Shown: positions 1 through 9,562 of the stretch, in pieces
How positions within the stretch are numbered: position 1 is the stretch's first letter
Layout of the letters: the number at the start of each line of letters is the position of its first letter
Assembly (NCBI GenBank): GCA_030603365.1
Contig: JAUVXV010000001.1
Span: forward strand, 416,001-480,000
Direction of reading: 5' to 3'
Length of the DNA stretch: 64,000 nt
From: Candidatus Heimdallarchaeota archaeon
GTDB taxonomy: Archaea > Asgardarchaeota > Heimdallarchaeia > Heimdallarchaeales > Heimdallarchaeaceae
Notes under the pieces: model-generated
Told to the model about the DNA's origin: nothing
Databases searched by the model: none
What the model saw: the letters and a program-made list of their open reading frames with translations, nothing else
Made by a program: the position numbers and the translations under genes

Positions 1-65
1 TTCTAACATCTAGTATCACTATATTTCAAAAACCCCAAGTACAATATAAGATTGTTGAAAGAACA

Positions 66-626
66 TCACTCTGTCTTCTTAATAGATTCAAGATCCTTTT
101 CTACCAACCAGCGGTTGAACTCTGTAGCCAATGATATTTCTTTTGTTTTAGTTACCTTCTTCTTCCTCAATCTTTCTTCAAGTTTCATTTTTTCAAGAAA
201 CAGAGGAATGATCCTACTCATATCGACTGCATATAAATCGAAGAGAAAAGCTATAGGCTGAAAATAGATCTGAAGGAACTGTTCAAATTCGTCGAAGCAT
301 ATCATGAGCTCTTTATGAGTTTCTCTTGAAACAACTAGATTGACAATTGTAACAGTTTTTCTTTTTAAACGAAAATCTTTTGCATCCAAGTTTTTTAGGT
401 TTAAAGCATATGCGAAGAGAAATAAATCATCGTTTATTTTTGTAGAAGCCAATCCTTTGATATCTTGGTTTTGCATCATACCCATTAGTGTGGGATATGT
501 TGTTAGCATAATTTCTAATTTCATATCTTCAATATCTGATGCAAAAATCTCAAAACCATTATCAGCAAAATAAACTATAGTGAAACCTTCGATTTTCTTT
601 TTTTCAGTATCCAGTAGTGTTGTCAA
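66..626 (-). CDS. Hypothetical protein, possibly longin/DENN-like alpha/beta domain
   Basis: 186-aa ORF with a TTG start; the N-terminal 'FTIVYFADNGFEI' strand-turn pattern resembles longin-like domains (by eye). Confidence 0.55.
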   Translation of the reverse strand: MTTLLDTEKKKIEGFTIVYFADNGFEIFASDIEDMKLEIMLTTYPTLMGMMQNQDIKGLASTKINDDLFLFAYALNLKNLDAKDFRLKRKTVTIVNLVVSRETHKELMICFDEFEQFLQIYFQPIAFLFDLYAVDMSRIIPLFLEKMKLEERLRKKKVTKTKEISLATEFNRWLVEKDLESIKKTE

Positions 627-724
627 CTTGCTTCATAATCTCTCCTCAAGTTTATTATAAAAACCCCAATTTGCTTAGTACAATTCAGTAAGGTAATTAT
701 AGAAGAGATTATGTTAACCAAACA

Positions 725-1444
725 ATGGAAAAGAAGCTTCTTAAACGCATGGAGAATTTCAAAAATACTCCTGATAGATTAAAATTTTACTTGTTAAAGG
801 AATTGTCGGAATTAACTGATGATAAAAGAATCAATGATTTTCTTTTAAACGTGGTTGAAAATGAAAAATACGACAAAATCCGAATTAATGCTGTTCTTCT
901 TTTAAAGAAATTTGAAAATGATTCTACTATTGAAAAACTAAAAACAATTTATGCTTTTGAGCATGATAAAAGTGTAAGGCTGGTGATTGTTGAAACGCTT
1001 GGAGATATGAACTCTGTTGATGTTGACGATTTCTTTCAAACTATTGCTATAAAAGATCTTAACGATGTTATTCGTGCCGCATCTATCAGAATTTTACACG
1101 AGAGAGGTAAGTTGGAGAAATCTATTGCGCTTGATTTATTGGTGGATGTTATTCAGAATGATTCCTCTGTTTTTCCAAAGCAAATCGCATTAAGCTCTCT
1201 TTCCCACTATGCTAATAATTCCACATATGGAATTATAAAAAAAGTGTTTATTAGAGAAGAAATGATTCAAATGAAAAAACTTTTTTATAGAACTTTAAAA
1301 GAAATTTCCTCAAAACTAAATCAAGAATTAGATGTTGATGAACCTCAAGATCCTATAGTAGAGGATACTAAGAAAGCAAGAAAAAAGAGGAGAAAAGAGC
1401 GAAAAAAGAAGAAGTTAGACAAAGATGATTATGTGTATTTTTAG
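725..1444 (+). CDS. HEAT-repeat protein with a basic C-terminal tail
   Basis: Repeated 'xRxxAxxxL' helical motifs (IRINAVLLL, VRLVIVETLG, IRAASIRIL); K/R-rich C-terminus. Confidence 0.8.
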   Translation: MEKKLLKRMENFKNTPDRLKFYLLKELSELTDDKRINDFLLNVVENEKYDKIRINAVLLLKKFENDSTIEKLKTIYAFEHDKSVRLVIVETLGDMNSVDVDDFFQTIAIKDLNDVIRAASIRILHERGKLEKSIALDLLVDVIQNDSSVFPKQIALSSLSHYANNSTYGIIKKVFIREEMIQMKKLFYRTLKEISSKLNQELDVDEPQDPIVEDTKKARKKRRKERKKKKLDKDDYVYF

Positions 1445-1507
1445 ACAATATGCATGATTTCAGTTAGAATGGAATTAAAACAATTCAAGAGAAAAATATG
1501 TTTTGGT

Positions 1508-2164
1508 CTAATTTTTCTTTTCTGGCTTCTGGGCTACTACCCAGATATAACCTCTTCTATCTTTTGGTCGAACTAACCTTACTTCTTTTGCTATTGAATA
1601 TATTTTCCACCCCTTAAGTGCTTGTTTAATTTCTGACATGGTGATGAATCTTAAGGGTGGTTCTGTCTTAAAATGAGGTTTAACATTTCCACCATACAGA
1701 AAGAATCCTCCTGGTTTTACAGCATCGAGTAGTTCATACATTTTTGGTAATGCATGATCAAACAAATATTGTAAGCACTGAATTGCAGACACAACATCAT
1801 AACTCTCTGGTTGTGTTTCATAGGTATCTATATCTGTAAGAAGAATTTTCATCTTCTCTCTTACACCTAATGCGGTTGCACGTTTTTCAGTAATGTCTAT
1901 AGCTGATGGTAGTATATCAATAGCTTCAACATTATATCCTAATTGAGCTAGAAAACATGCATATCTCCCATCTCCAGCTCCAAGCTCAATTGCAGTTTTT
2001 CCCTCATGTTCTTTACCTTGTGTGAAGAAAAAGAACTCTAGTAGTGCATAATGAACATAATGGGGTGGTAACTCATCGAGTTTCTCCTCTGATTGCTTCT
2101 TGTATAGATTATCCCAACCTTCCATATATTTATCGGGAATAGACGAGGGATATCTTTTTGTCAT
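1508..2164 (-). CDS. Class I SAM-dependent methyltransferase (TehB-like)
   Basis: Motif I 'AIELGAGDGR', 'AIDI', 'YDVV'; start moved to ATG 2164 (MTKRY) because the longer ORF overlaps the divergent gene. Confidence 0.85.
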   Translation of the reverse strand: MTKRYPSSIPDKYMEGWDNLYKKQSEEKLDELPPHYVHYALLEFFFFTQGKEHEGKTAIELGAGDGRYACFLAQLGYNVEAIDILPSAIDITEKRATALGVREKMKILLTDIDTYETQPESYDVVSAIQCLQYLFDHALPKMYELLDAVKPGGFFLYGGNVKPHFKTEPPLRFITMSEIKQALKGWKIYSIAKEVRLVRPKDRRGYIWVVAQKPEKKN

Positions 2165-2316
2165 GTTGTAAAACAATATTAGATATTTATAACCCTCTTG
2201 GATTAATATCTTCCTCCTTTTGCTTAGATTTTTAAGAAAGAAAAATTTAATTATTAGTATCTTATAAGGGCGAAAGAGTTTAGTATTCAAAAGAGAAAAA
2301 TTGTTAGGGAGATAAA

Positions 2317-3999
2317 ATGAACTTAAGGAAAATCTTGATTGCAAGTGGTATAATATTATTAGTGCTTAATTTAACACCTTCTTTTTCTGAAGCGAAAGAA
2401 AGCCCTCAAACAGATTCAAGTCTAATTGTTAACCAAGAAGTGAATTTCTATTTCAATGTTACAACCATGTACACTGAAATTTCAATTCGAAGTGATGGTT
2501 CTATAGATATTTATTATTTAATTCAATTCTTTAATCATCCAAATTCCTCATATAGTGAGCCTATATGGGTTTTTGATATTGGTTTTCCAAATGTCTATTA
2601 TGATCTTGATTCTGTAAGAGCAAAAATAAATGGTACGGAAATTACAGATATTAACAAAAGTCCTTATGTTGATATAGGCGTAGAAGTGATTCTTGGTTCG
2701 TATGCCGTTCCTTTGGGATACACTGGTGTTCTAGAAGTGTGGTGTCATAATCCAATAATGGTTTATGAAGATGAAAATGAAGGCTTTGGATCTACTGTCT
2801 TTCTACAAACATGGTTTGATTTCCAATATGTTTACCATCAAACCTTTAGAACTGTTCGATTTTATTTCCCCGATGGTTTGGAAGACATAACTGTGGTGGA
2901 ACCGCGTGTTTATGATAGAGGTGATTTTACGGTATTTGAACACCCTACAGATAACGCTCTATCTTATGTTCAATTTTATTATATAGGTTATCCTGATGAT
3001 GGCTATTGGGTTGGTGTAGCTTTTCCTAAAGATTATGCAAGAATTTTCAGTTCATTCTGGCGATTGAAGGTTTTTGGAAACATTATACAGAATCCTTTTT
3101 TTACAGTCGTTATTGCTTTAATAATCCTCGGAATCATTGCTCTTAGTATCAATAAAAGAAGAAATAAGAGAAAATATCTTCCCCCATCAATCAGTTCTTT
3201 GGGCGGGGGGGTAAGAGAAGGTCTAGAGCCTTCAGAAGTAGCGATTTTACTTGAAAGACCATTAACGCAAGTAGCTTCTTTAATGTTATTTGAAATGATG
3301 GAAAAAGGGTATTTAGCTATAAAACAGACATCACCAGCTCTAAGAATGGATGTTACAATAAGTACAGAGGCTGCAAGAGAATTACCCAAATATCAAAGAA
3401 CAATAATCGGAGGGATAAAAAATAGAAATAAAGAAGATATCAAATGGGAAAAGGGTGCTTCATCTGGAGCAATTCCGCCTGAACCTGTTCATCAAGATGC
3501 AATTAAGAGTGCTTTAGTTACTCAAATTAAATCAGTTACTAAAAAGATGAAAGGATTTTCAGCTAGAAAGTCTAGAGATTATTATGAAGCAGTTATAGAT
3601 AGAGCTTGGCAGGAAATGGATAAATCCAAACCAGAATTGAAGAATGCTTTCCTATGGATAATGGTAGATGAGAAGTATGAGCAACAACTTGAGAAATCTG
3701 GTGGAAACTATTACTACCCAAGATGGTATGTGTTTAGTTACTACCTCTATGTTGGAGGACCTCGTCCAACAACTAGAGGTCATTATACAAGAATCCCCTC
3801 CCATAGAAGTATCTCACATGCAGCTCCTGTGAATACTTTTATGTCTGGATTAATTCATAAACCTCAATCTCTCCACAATTCTATAAGGAACATTACTCGA
3901 CCTCCATCAACTAGCTCAGGAAGAAGTGGTGGTGGCGGTGGCGGAGGGTGTGCATGTGCTTGTGCATGTGCTTGTGCTTGTGCAGGAGGCGGAAGATGA
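2317..3999 (+). CDS. DUF2207-like membrane protein with signal peptide, extracellular domain, TM helix and a C-terminal Gly-rich (Cys-Ala)6-GGGR tail; putative radical SAM substrate
   Basis: N-terminal signal peptide, 'ISIRSDGSIDI' DUF2207-like start, TM at ~aa 260-280, 'LEPSEVAILL', C-terminus SGGGGGGGCACACACACACAGGGR. Confidence 0.8.
   Translation: MNLRKILIASGIILLVLNLTPSFSEAKESPQTDSSLIVNQEVNFYFNVTTMYTEISIRSDGSIDIYYLIQFFNHPNSSYSEPIWVFDIGFPNVYYDLDSVRAKINGTEITDINKSPYVDIGVEVILGSYAVPLGYTGVLEVWCHNPIMVYEDENEGFGSTVFLQTWFDFQYVYHQTFRTVRFYFPDGLEDITVVEPRVYDRGDFTVFEHPTDNALSYVQFYYIGYPDDGYWVGVAFPKDYARIFSSFWRLKVFGNIIQNPFFTVVIALIILGIIALSINKRRNKRKYLPPSISSLGGGVREGLEPSEVAILLERPLTQVASLMLFEMMEKGYLAIKQTSPALRMDVTISTEAARELPKYQRTIIGGIKNRNKEDIKWEKGASSGAIPPEPVHQDAIKSALVTQIKSVTKKMKGFSARKSRDYYEAVIDRAWQEMDKSKPELKNAFLWIMVDEKYEQQLEKSGGNYYYPRWYVFSYYLYVGGPRPTTRGHYTRIPSHRSISHAAPVNTFMSGLIHKPQSLHNSIRNITRPPSTSSGRSGGGGGGGCACACACACACAGGGR
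3949..3984 (+). repeat. (TGTGCW)6 hexamer repeat encoding CACACACACACA
   Basis: TGT GCA TGT GCT TGT GCA TGT GCT TGT GCT TGT GCA; variation only at synonymous Ala positions. Confidence 0.95.
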
Positions 4000-5339
4000 T
4001 GAATTTATCAGAATTACTGAACAGATTTAGAATAACAAGAAAATCAGAGATGTTCCACCAAAGGAATCTAGATACCACTTCAAGAATGCATCTGCGGAAA
4101 GAAAGGAAAGGAAAGAGTCTTCTCTTAGTTAATGCAACCATGATTTTTCATTTAAACAAGACAGCAACAGACTTTGCTTCTCGAATCATTGATGGTAAAG
4201 ATGATGCTGAAATAATAAGAGAAATGAAAAGGAAATATCGCGTTTCAGAGGAGCAATTGAAAACAGATTTGGATGATCTAAGGAACTCCATTAACCGTCT
4301 ATTAGATGAACCTGATATTGACCCTGTTCAACACCTGTCTCAAGATGTAAGCCCTTTGCTAGAAGCATCCTTTTCGGCACCTTTGAGAATGGATCTTGCA
4401 ATTACATATAGATGTAACAACAAATGTTCAAAGTGCTATGTTGAGAATTACAGAGATGTTAGAGAATTATCAACTATTGAATGGAAAAAAGTTCTAGACA
4501 ATCTTTGGAAAATAGGCATTCCACACGTTACTTTTACTGGTGGAGAACCTACAATAAGACAAGACCTTCCAGATCTTGTTGAATATGCTGAAGATCTTGG
4601 AATAATAACTGGTTTAATTACAAATGGAAGGAAACTCAAAAATGCTAAATTAGTAAACAAACTAGTAAATGCAGGAATTGACCATTTTCAGGTAACGATT
4701 GAAAGTCATGATGCTTCAATACATGATTCAATGTGTGGTGAAAGAGGATCATGGCAAGAAACAGTTGAAGGAATAAAGAATATTGTTCCAACTCCTGTTT
4801 ATATTATGACTAACACAACCTTGACCCCTTATAATATCAAAGATATTGAAAAAACTGTCGAATTTCTTCATTCTATAGGGATTGAGAAGTTTGCAGCAAA
4901 TAGCATTATCAAATCTGGTGGAGGAAAACAAGAGGATTTAGCAATCTCTGTCGAAGAACTAGATGAAGCTCTAACGAAAATTATGAATAAAGCTTATGAA
5001 CTAGGTATGAGTTTTATTTGGTACAGTCCAACAAGATATTGCGATTTTAATCCTATAGACAAAGGATTGGGGATGAAGCAATGTTCAGCTGCTCATATAG
5101 CCATGGCTATCGAACCGGATGGGGAAGTAATACCATGTCAGAGCTATTTTGAAACTCTAGGAAACATTCTTACAACTAGATGGGGTAAAATCTGGAACCA
5201 TAAAACCTCAAGAAAATTAAGAAATATGAAATATCTTCAAGAGGAATGCTTAGATTGTCCTGAAAGAGAAGTGTGCGGTGGAGGGTGCCCATTAAATTAT
5301 GCTGCACCCATGAATATTTGTAAAACCCCATTCTCCTAA
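3996..5339 (+). CDS. PqqD/RRE-domain radical SAM protein with SPASM domain (peptide/protein maturase family)
   Basis: N-terminal RRE-like 'LNKTA...IIDGK...KY.VSEEQLKTDLDDL'; CNNKCSKC; 'FTGGEP'; SPASM 'CSAA..IEPDGEVIPCQ...CLDC...CGGGCP'; ATG 3996 overlaps the upstream TGA (ATGA). Confidence 0.93.
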   Translation: MMNLSELLNRFRITRKSEMFHQRNLDTTSRMHLRKERKGKSLLLVNATMIFHLNKTATDFASRIIDGKDDAEIIREMKRKYRVSEEQLKTDLDDLRNSINRLLDEPDIDPVQHLSQDVSPLLEASFSAPLRMDLAITYRCNNKCSKCYVENYRDVRELSTIEWKKVLDNLWKIGIPHVTFTGGEPTIRQDLPDLVEYAEDLGIITGLITNGRKLKNAKLVNKLVNAGIDHFQVTIESHDASIHDSMCGERGSWQETVEGIKNIVPTPVYIMTNTTLTPYNIKDIEKTVEFLHSIGIEKFAANSIIKSGGGKQEDLAISVEELDEALTKIMNKAYELGMSFIWYSPTRYCDFNPIDKGLGMKQCSAAHIAMAIEPDGEVIPCQSYFETLGNILTTRWGKIWNHKTSRKLRNMKYLQEECLDCPEREVCGGGCPLNYAAPMNICKTPFS

Positions 5340-5349
5340 TTTTTTTCTG

Positions 5350-6114
5350 GTGCTCGAAATGTCAAACAGAACCAAAGATGTTAACTGGGGACCAGAAATT
5401 CATGAACAATTCAAGAGACAAGCTAAATGGACTGAAGATTTTAGATCTCAAATTTATCGCCAAATAAATCTCAGGAACGCAAAGAGAGTTTTAGAAGTGG
5501 GATGTGGAACAGGCGTAATAACCAATGAACTAAAACAGAAAACTTCTGCTAAAATTACTGCAATTGATTCTGATGAAAACATGGTAGAAATAGCAGAAAA
5601 AAATGTTGTAGATGTCAAATTCTTAGCTGAAAACGTTGAAAAATTAACTATGAAAGACAATTTTTTTGATGTAATTTTGTGTCAGTATCTTTTTCTTTGG
5701 TTATCAAATCCCAAGATAGCAATAAGCGAAATGGTTAGAGTGTGTAAAAAGGGAGGACACGTTGTAGCTTTAGCAGAACCAGATTACGGAGCATGGATCG
5801 AATATCCTGAATTGAATTTAGGGGAAAAGCACATTGAATATCTCAAAAGTGAGGGCGCTGATCCATTCATGGGAAGAAAGATACTCAGTTTATTTGAAGG
5901 AGCAGGTTTACAGACTAACCTTATTACTATAGCTCAGAGCTGGAATCAAGAGAATCTTAAAAACAATATTGAAGAAGAATGGCAAAGAGTATTAGAAGCT
6001 AACTTGATTACCGAAGAAGAATATTCACGTATTATTAAAAAAGAAATGGATCTGATTAGAGAGAATCAAAGAATGATTTTTATGCCAGTTTTTTGCGCAA
6101 TTGGAAGAAAGTAG
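5350..6114 (+). CDS. Class I SAM-dependent methyltransferase (UbiE/type 11-like)
   Basis: 'VLEVGCGTG', 'AIDSD', 'FDVI', 'EMVRVCKKGG'; starts 10 nt after the rSAM stop (GTG 5350, or ATG 5359). Confidence 0.9.
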   Translation: MLEMSNRTKDVNWGPEIHEQFKRQAKWTEDFRSQIYRQINLRNAKRVLEVGCGTGVITNELKQKTSAKITAIDSDENMVEIAEKNVVDVKFLAENVEKLTMKDNFFDVILCQYLFLWLSNPKIAISEMVRVCKKGGHVVALAEPDYGAWIEYPELNLGEKHIEYLKSEGADPFMGRKILSLFEGAGLQTNLITIAQSWNQENLKNNIEEEWQRVLEANLITEEEYSRIIKKEMDLIRENQRMIFMPVFCAIGRK

Positions 6115-6136
6115 TTCTTTTAAAATAAAAGAAAGG

Positions 6137-6291
6137 TGGTCGGGCTTCCGTGATTTGAACACGGGACCGCTCGGTCTCTACCGGCTGACGCCTTGATCAT
6201 TGCTCACAAGGGTGTCATATGACTACAGCCGAGAGCTCTAAGCCATTTCTCTGAGTTCACACACAATGAGACTCATCTGAGCTAAAGCCCG
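6137..6291 (-). tRNA. tRNA-Tyr(GTA) with a 47-nt canonical intron (6176-6222) and a ~30-nt D-loop insert (about 6246-6275); CCA encoded
   Basis: Acceptor CGGGCTT/AAGCCCG-A-CCA (C1:G72, archaeal Tyr identity), D-stem GCTC/GAGC, anticodon stem CTCGG/CCGAG, T-arm CCGTG-TTCAAAT-CACGG. Confidence 0.9.
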
Positions 6292-6456
6292 ATGTTTATC
6301 CACACATTTTTTCCTTCTACTCTATTCTTAAATTTTTCTTTTCTAATCTATAATTTATTTACTGATATCCTTCTACTTAATGCCTTGATTTCTAATATGA
6401 AATACCCCATTTAAGTAAACTTAAAAGTAAGTTCTTCTTACTTTTACTCGATAATT

Positions 6457-6939
6457 ATGAGCGAATCCAACGTGCATTATTATAAGCTTTTAGAGCGTCA
6501 ATATGATATTGAAGAAGAACTCCATAAAAAATTGAGTGATCTTCAGGACTTAAGAAAAAAGATTGCAGACCTGAATAAAGGTAAAGCTAAGGATAATAGA
6601 GAAAAAGAAGAACATCTAATAAAGAAGGCTGAGTTTGAGGGTAAAGCTTTGGCGGACAAAGCACTTAAGAGTGAAGTCAAAGCCATGAATCAGGATACTC
6701 AAATAGCTAAGAAAGATGCTAAAATCAAGGAATTAGAACGTAAGATCCTAAAAGTAGAAGAGGAAATCGATGACCTTGAATCAGAGTTTAGTGAAGCTGA
6801 AGCTGATGTTAAAGCTCATGAGACTGGTGTTCCTGATGATGAACCTGTAGTCGAATCTTATGAACCATCGGTTTTAGATGATTCTGAAGAAGAATATGAT
6901 GAAGACAAACCAGTTGATGATCTTAGTTATCAAGACTAG
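6457..6939 (+). CDS. Coiled-coil protein with an acidic C-terminal tail
   Basis: Heptad E/K/L pattern; D/E-rich tail. Confidence 0.75.
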   Translation: MSESNVHYYKLLERQYDIEEELHKKLSDLQDLRKKIADLNKGKAKDNREKEEHLIKKAEFEGKALADKALKSEVKAMNQDTQIAKKDAKIKELERKILKVEEEIDDLESEFSEAEADVKAHETGVPDDEPVVESYEPSVLDDSEEEYDEDKPVDDLSYQD

Positions 6940-7040
6940 AATTCTTATATTTTCTTCTTTTTTATATTTTCTTTTCTAAATTTTGTCTTTCCAAGAAATT
7001 TATTTATAGCTATCTTTTCTATTCCTCTAGGTGACATATT

Positions 7041-7424
7041 ATGGAATTGTACGGTACAGCTGATTGGAAAACTGAAAAACATGTGCCAGTAATTGAAGTT
7101 GCTGATGTAATTAAGACAGGCGAAAAAACTCCTGTGATTGTAAGTGTAGGAAAAGAAATTACTCATCCTAACAAAACAGAGCACCATATATCTTGGATTA
7201 AGCTTATGTTTTGGCCAGAAGAAGAGAAATATCCTTATCAAATTGGTTTAGTCAATTTTGATGCTCATGGTGCCTCACTCAAGGGACCTGATTCAAGTGG
7301 AGTTTATTCTGAACCCTATGCAGTTTTTCACATAAAAACTGACAAACCAGGAAAACTAATTGCAACCTCTTACTGTAATATACACGGCTTTTGGAAATAC
7401 GAAAAAGAAGTAAAGGTAGAGTAA
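7041..7424 (+). CDS. sor: Superoxide reductase (neelaredoxin/class II SORL domain)
   Basis: EKHVP, HPNKTEHHISWI and YCNIHG iron-ligand motifs. Confidence 0.93.
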   Translation: MELYGTADWKTEKHVPVIEVADVIKTGEKTPVIVSVGKEITHPNKTEHHISWIKLMFWPEEEKYPYQIGLVNFDAHGASLKGPDSSGVYSEPYAVFHIKTDKPGKLIATSYCNIHGFWKYEKEVKVE

Positions 7425-7525
7425 ACACTTACTCTTTTTCTTTAATTTTTCTTTAAAATTCTTGATTTTTTACTTTTTTTGGAATTGTCCAATAGAAATA
7501 AGATTATGAAAAATAATTGTTAAAT

Positions 7526-8299
7526 ATGAAAGATATTGAATCCTTAGAACAAAAAGATTTTTTTGAACTGTTCTTACAGGATGGGGAATATCCTTTTTCA
7601 GGTTGGGATTTCTCATATGTAGCAAACAGGATGGTTACAGCACCACTAACTTGGAGTTATAGTACAGAGATTTTACCTTATATCAGAAACGCACAGTCTT
7701 TATTAGATCTGGGTACAGGCGGAGGAGAATTCCTATCCAAGCTAAATCCTTTCCCTCCCCACACATGTGCTACAGAATCTTATGATCCTAATGTCCTTCT
7801 TGCGAAAAAACGTTTGTCTCCTTTAGGTATCAATGTGGTTAAGATTGATGATGATGACAATCTCCCATTCGAAGATGGAGAATTTGAGTTAATAATCAAT
7901 AGACATGAGTCTTTTTCAGTAAATGAGGTCTACAGAATTTTAACTCCCAGAGGGTATTTCATAACTCAACAAGTGGGAGGAAAGAATGATCAACTGCTAA
8001 GAGAGATGCTTGACAACAAGAAAGAAGGGGCTTATGAGCACTGGACATTAGACTATGAGATTGAAGAATTAGTGAATAATGGGTTTGAAGTTTTAAAAAA
8101 GAAAGAAGCATTTCCTATTACTCGTTTCTTTGATGTAGGTGCGATTGTTTTCTACATGTTTGCAGCACCTTGGGAGATACCTGGTTTTTCTGTTGAAAAA
8201 TATCGCGATAAGCTATGGGAGGTTCACAATGTGATTGAGGATAATGGTTATATGGATGTCATCAGTCATAGATTTTTCATTAGAGCAAGAAAGATTTGA
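7526..8299 (+). CDS. Class I SAM-dependent methyltransferase
   Basis: 'FSGWDFSY', 'LLDLGTGGGE', 'LPFEDGEFELIINRHE', 'FITQQVG'. Confidence 0.9.
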   Translation: MKDIESLEQKDFFELFLQDGEYPFSGWDFSYVANRMVTAPLTWSYSTEILPYIRNAQSLLDLGTGGGEFLSKLNPFPPHTCATESYDPNVLLAKKRLSPLGINVVKIDDDDNLPFEDGEFELIINRHESFSVNEVYRILTPRGYFITQQVGGKNDQLLREMLDNKKEGAYEHWTLDYEIEELVNNGFEVLKKKEAFPITRFFDVGAIVFYMFAAPWEIPGFSVEKYRDKLWEVHNVIEDNGYMDVISHRFFIRARKI

Positions 8300-8340
8300 A
8301 TGATTTAAATAGAATTTAATAGAAAGGTTTATTAAGTTAC

Positions 8341-8366
8341 CATCCCACTGGATGTTGAGTAACATC
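8341..8366. promoter_or_regulatory. Candidate operator upstream of the CopG-family gene
   Basis: Overlapping inverted repeats CATCC-n4-GGATG and GATGTT-n4-AACATC between a TTTATTAA box and the ATG. Confidence 0.35.
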
Positions 8367-8380
8367 TGGGTGAATGTTGT

Positions 8381-8830
8381 ATGAATAATGAACTTACTGA
8401 AAAACCTGACAAGAACTATGAAAAAATTACGGTAAATCTTCCTGTAGTGGATGTGGGGAAGATTGATTATCTTACTGAACAAGGACACTACAATTCACGT
8501 GCTGAATTTATAAGAGTAGCTGTAAAAAATGAAATTAGTACTCATAAGTATGAATTTGAGCAAATATCACGTTCATTCCAAAATGAAAGGTCGACAAAAA
8601 TGAATTTTGTATTAGGTTCTTTGAATATATCTAGAACTTATCTAGAAAAACTATCTAAGGAAGGAGATAAAGCTAAAATCTTTGTTATCGGACACTTACG
8701 CATTGCAAGAAATGTTGATGTTGAATTAGTTGAAAAAACTGTAGAATCTTTTAAAGTGTACGGAATAAAAAGAGGACCACCTGGAGTTATTAAATTTCTT
8801 GAAAGTTTGAAGTACTCTAGTGAGAATTAG
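8381..8830 (+). CDS. CopG/ribbon-helix-helix transcriptional regulator
   Basis: 'EKITVNL..VDVGKIDYL..QGHYNSRAEFIRVAV' RHH signature. Confidence 0.88.
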   Translation: MNNELTEKPDKNYEKITVNLPVVDVGKIDYLTEQGHYNSRAEFIRVAVKNEISTHKYEFEQISRSFQNERSTKMNFVLGSLNISRTYLEKLSKEGDKAKIFVIGHLRIARNVDVELVEKTVESFKVYGIKRGPPGVIKFLESLKYSSEN

Positions 8831-8952
8831 ATCTTTTCCTTTCTTTTTTTTTTTATCTAAGGGACAGACATTCATCCCCTTGTTATAGTTGGCTTCATAA
8901 ATAACACCAATTTGATGAATAAACTTTTGTTTGAAAAGGGAATTAATATCTT

Positions 8953-9501
8953 ATGAACAAAAAAAATAGTGTAAATGTTCCTTTCCCAAGACCAGGCTCA
9001 GCTGAATATGGTTTACTACTTGAAACTGATGAAAAGAAAAAAAAGAAGATACTTACAAAATGGAAGAGAATGAACAAACTTTTCATAATTCCTTTGTATA
9101 GAATAGGTTTACTACCTATATTTGGCATCAACAAAATCTTCTTGCTTCTGTATACGAAAGGGAGAAAAACTGGAAAAACTCGAATAACTCCAGTTGAGTA
9201 TCGTAGGAAGGACGGTTATGTTCATGTTGTTGCGGCAAGAGGTAAAAAAGCTCACTGGTTCAAGAATATGATTGCACATCCTGAGGAAGTCATGGTCAAG
9301 ATTGGGTTCAAAAAAAGAAAAACTTCATTTGAAATATTTGAAAGCATAGACAAAAAAAACAATTTGTTTAAGTGGTATGTTGAGAAATATCCAAAGGCTG
9401 CGAAGTACCTTTTTGGTTGGGATCCAAAAATTGATGTTTTGGAAACTGCTGATTTCACTTCTTTCTCCGAATTAATTGAAATAATAAAATTCGATTTATG
9501 A
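8953..9501 (+). CDS. Deazaflavin (F420)-dependent nitroreductase/oxidoreductase (DDN family)
   Basis: 'LLLYTKGRKTGKTRITP', 'AHWFKNM.AHPE'. Confidence 0.85.
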   Translation: MNKKNSVNVPFPRPGSAEYGLLLETDEKKKKKILTKWKRMNKLFIIPLYRIGLLPIFGINKIFLLLYTKGRKTGKTRITPVEYRRKDGYVHVVAARGKKAHWFKNMIAHPEEVMVKIGFKKRKTSFEIFESIDKKNNLFKWYVEKYPKAAKYLFGWDPKIDVLETADFTSFSELIEIIKFDL

Positions 9502-9562
9502 GACCTAATCTTTGCATTATGAAGTAAATGTTTATATTTTTAGAGCATGTATATTCATTACC

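Noticed and set aside
2165-2344. N-terminal extension of the methyltransferase ORF
   Set aside because: AT-rich divergent promoter region that overlaps the start of the opposite gene.
3948-3995. N-terminal MCMCLCMCLCLC extension of the rSAM ORF
   Set aside because: It is an alternate-frame reading of the (CA)6 repeat. The ATGA overlap at 3996 is the more natural start, and codon variation is synonymous only in the Cys-Ala frame.
3997-4002. Tandem TGA TGA after the Cys-rich tail as selenocysteine codons
   Set aside because: Explained by the overlapping ATG ATG of the next gene; no SECIS was recognised.
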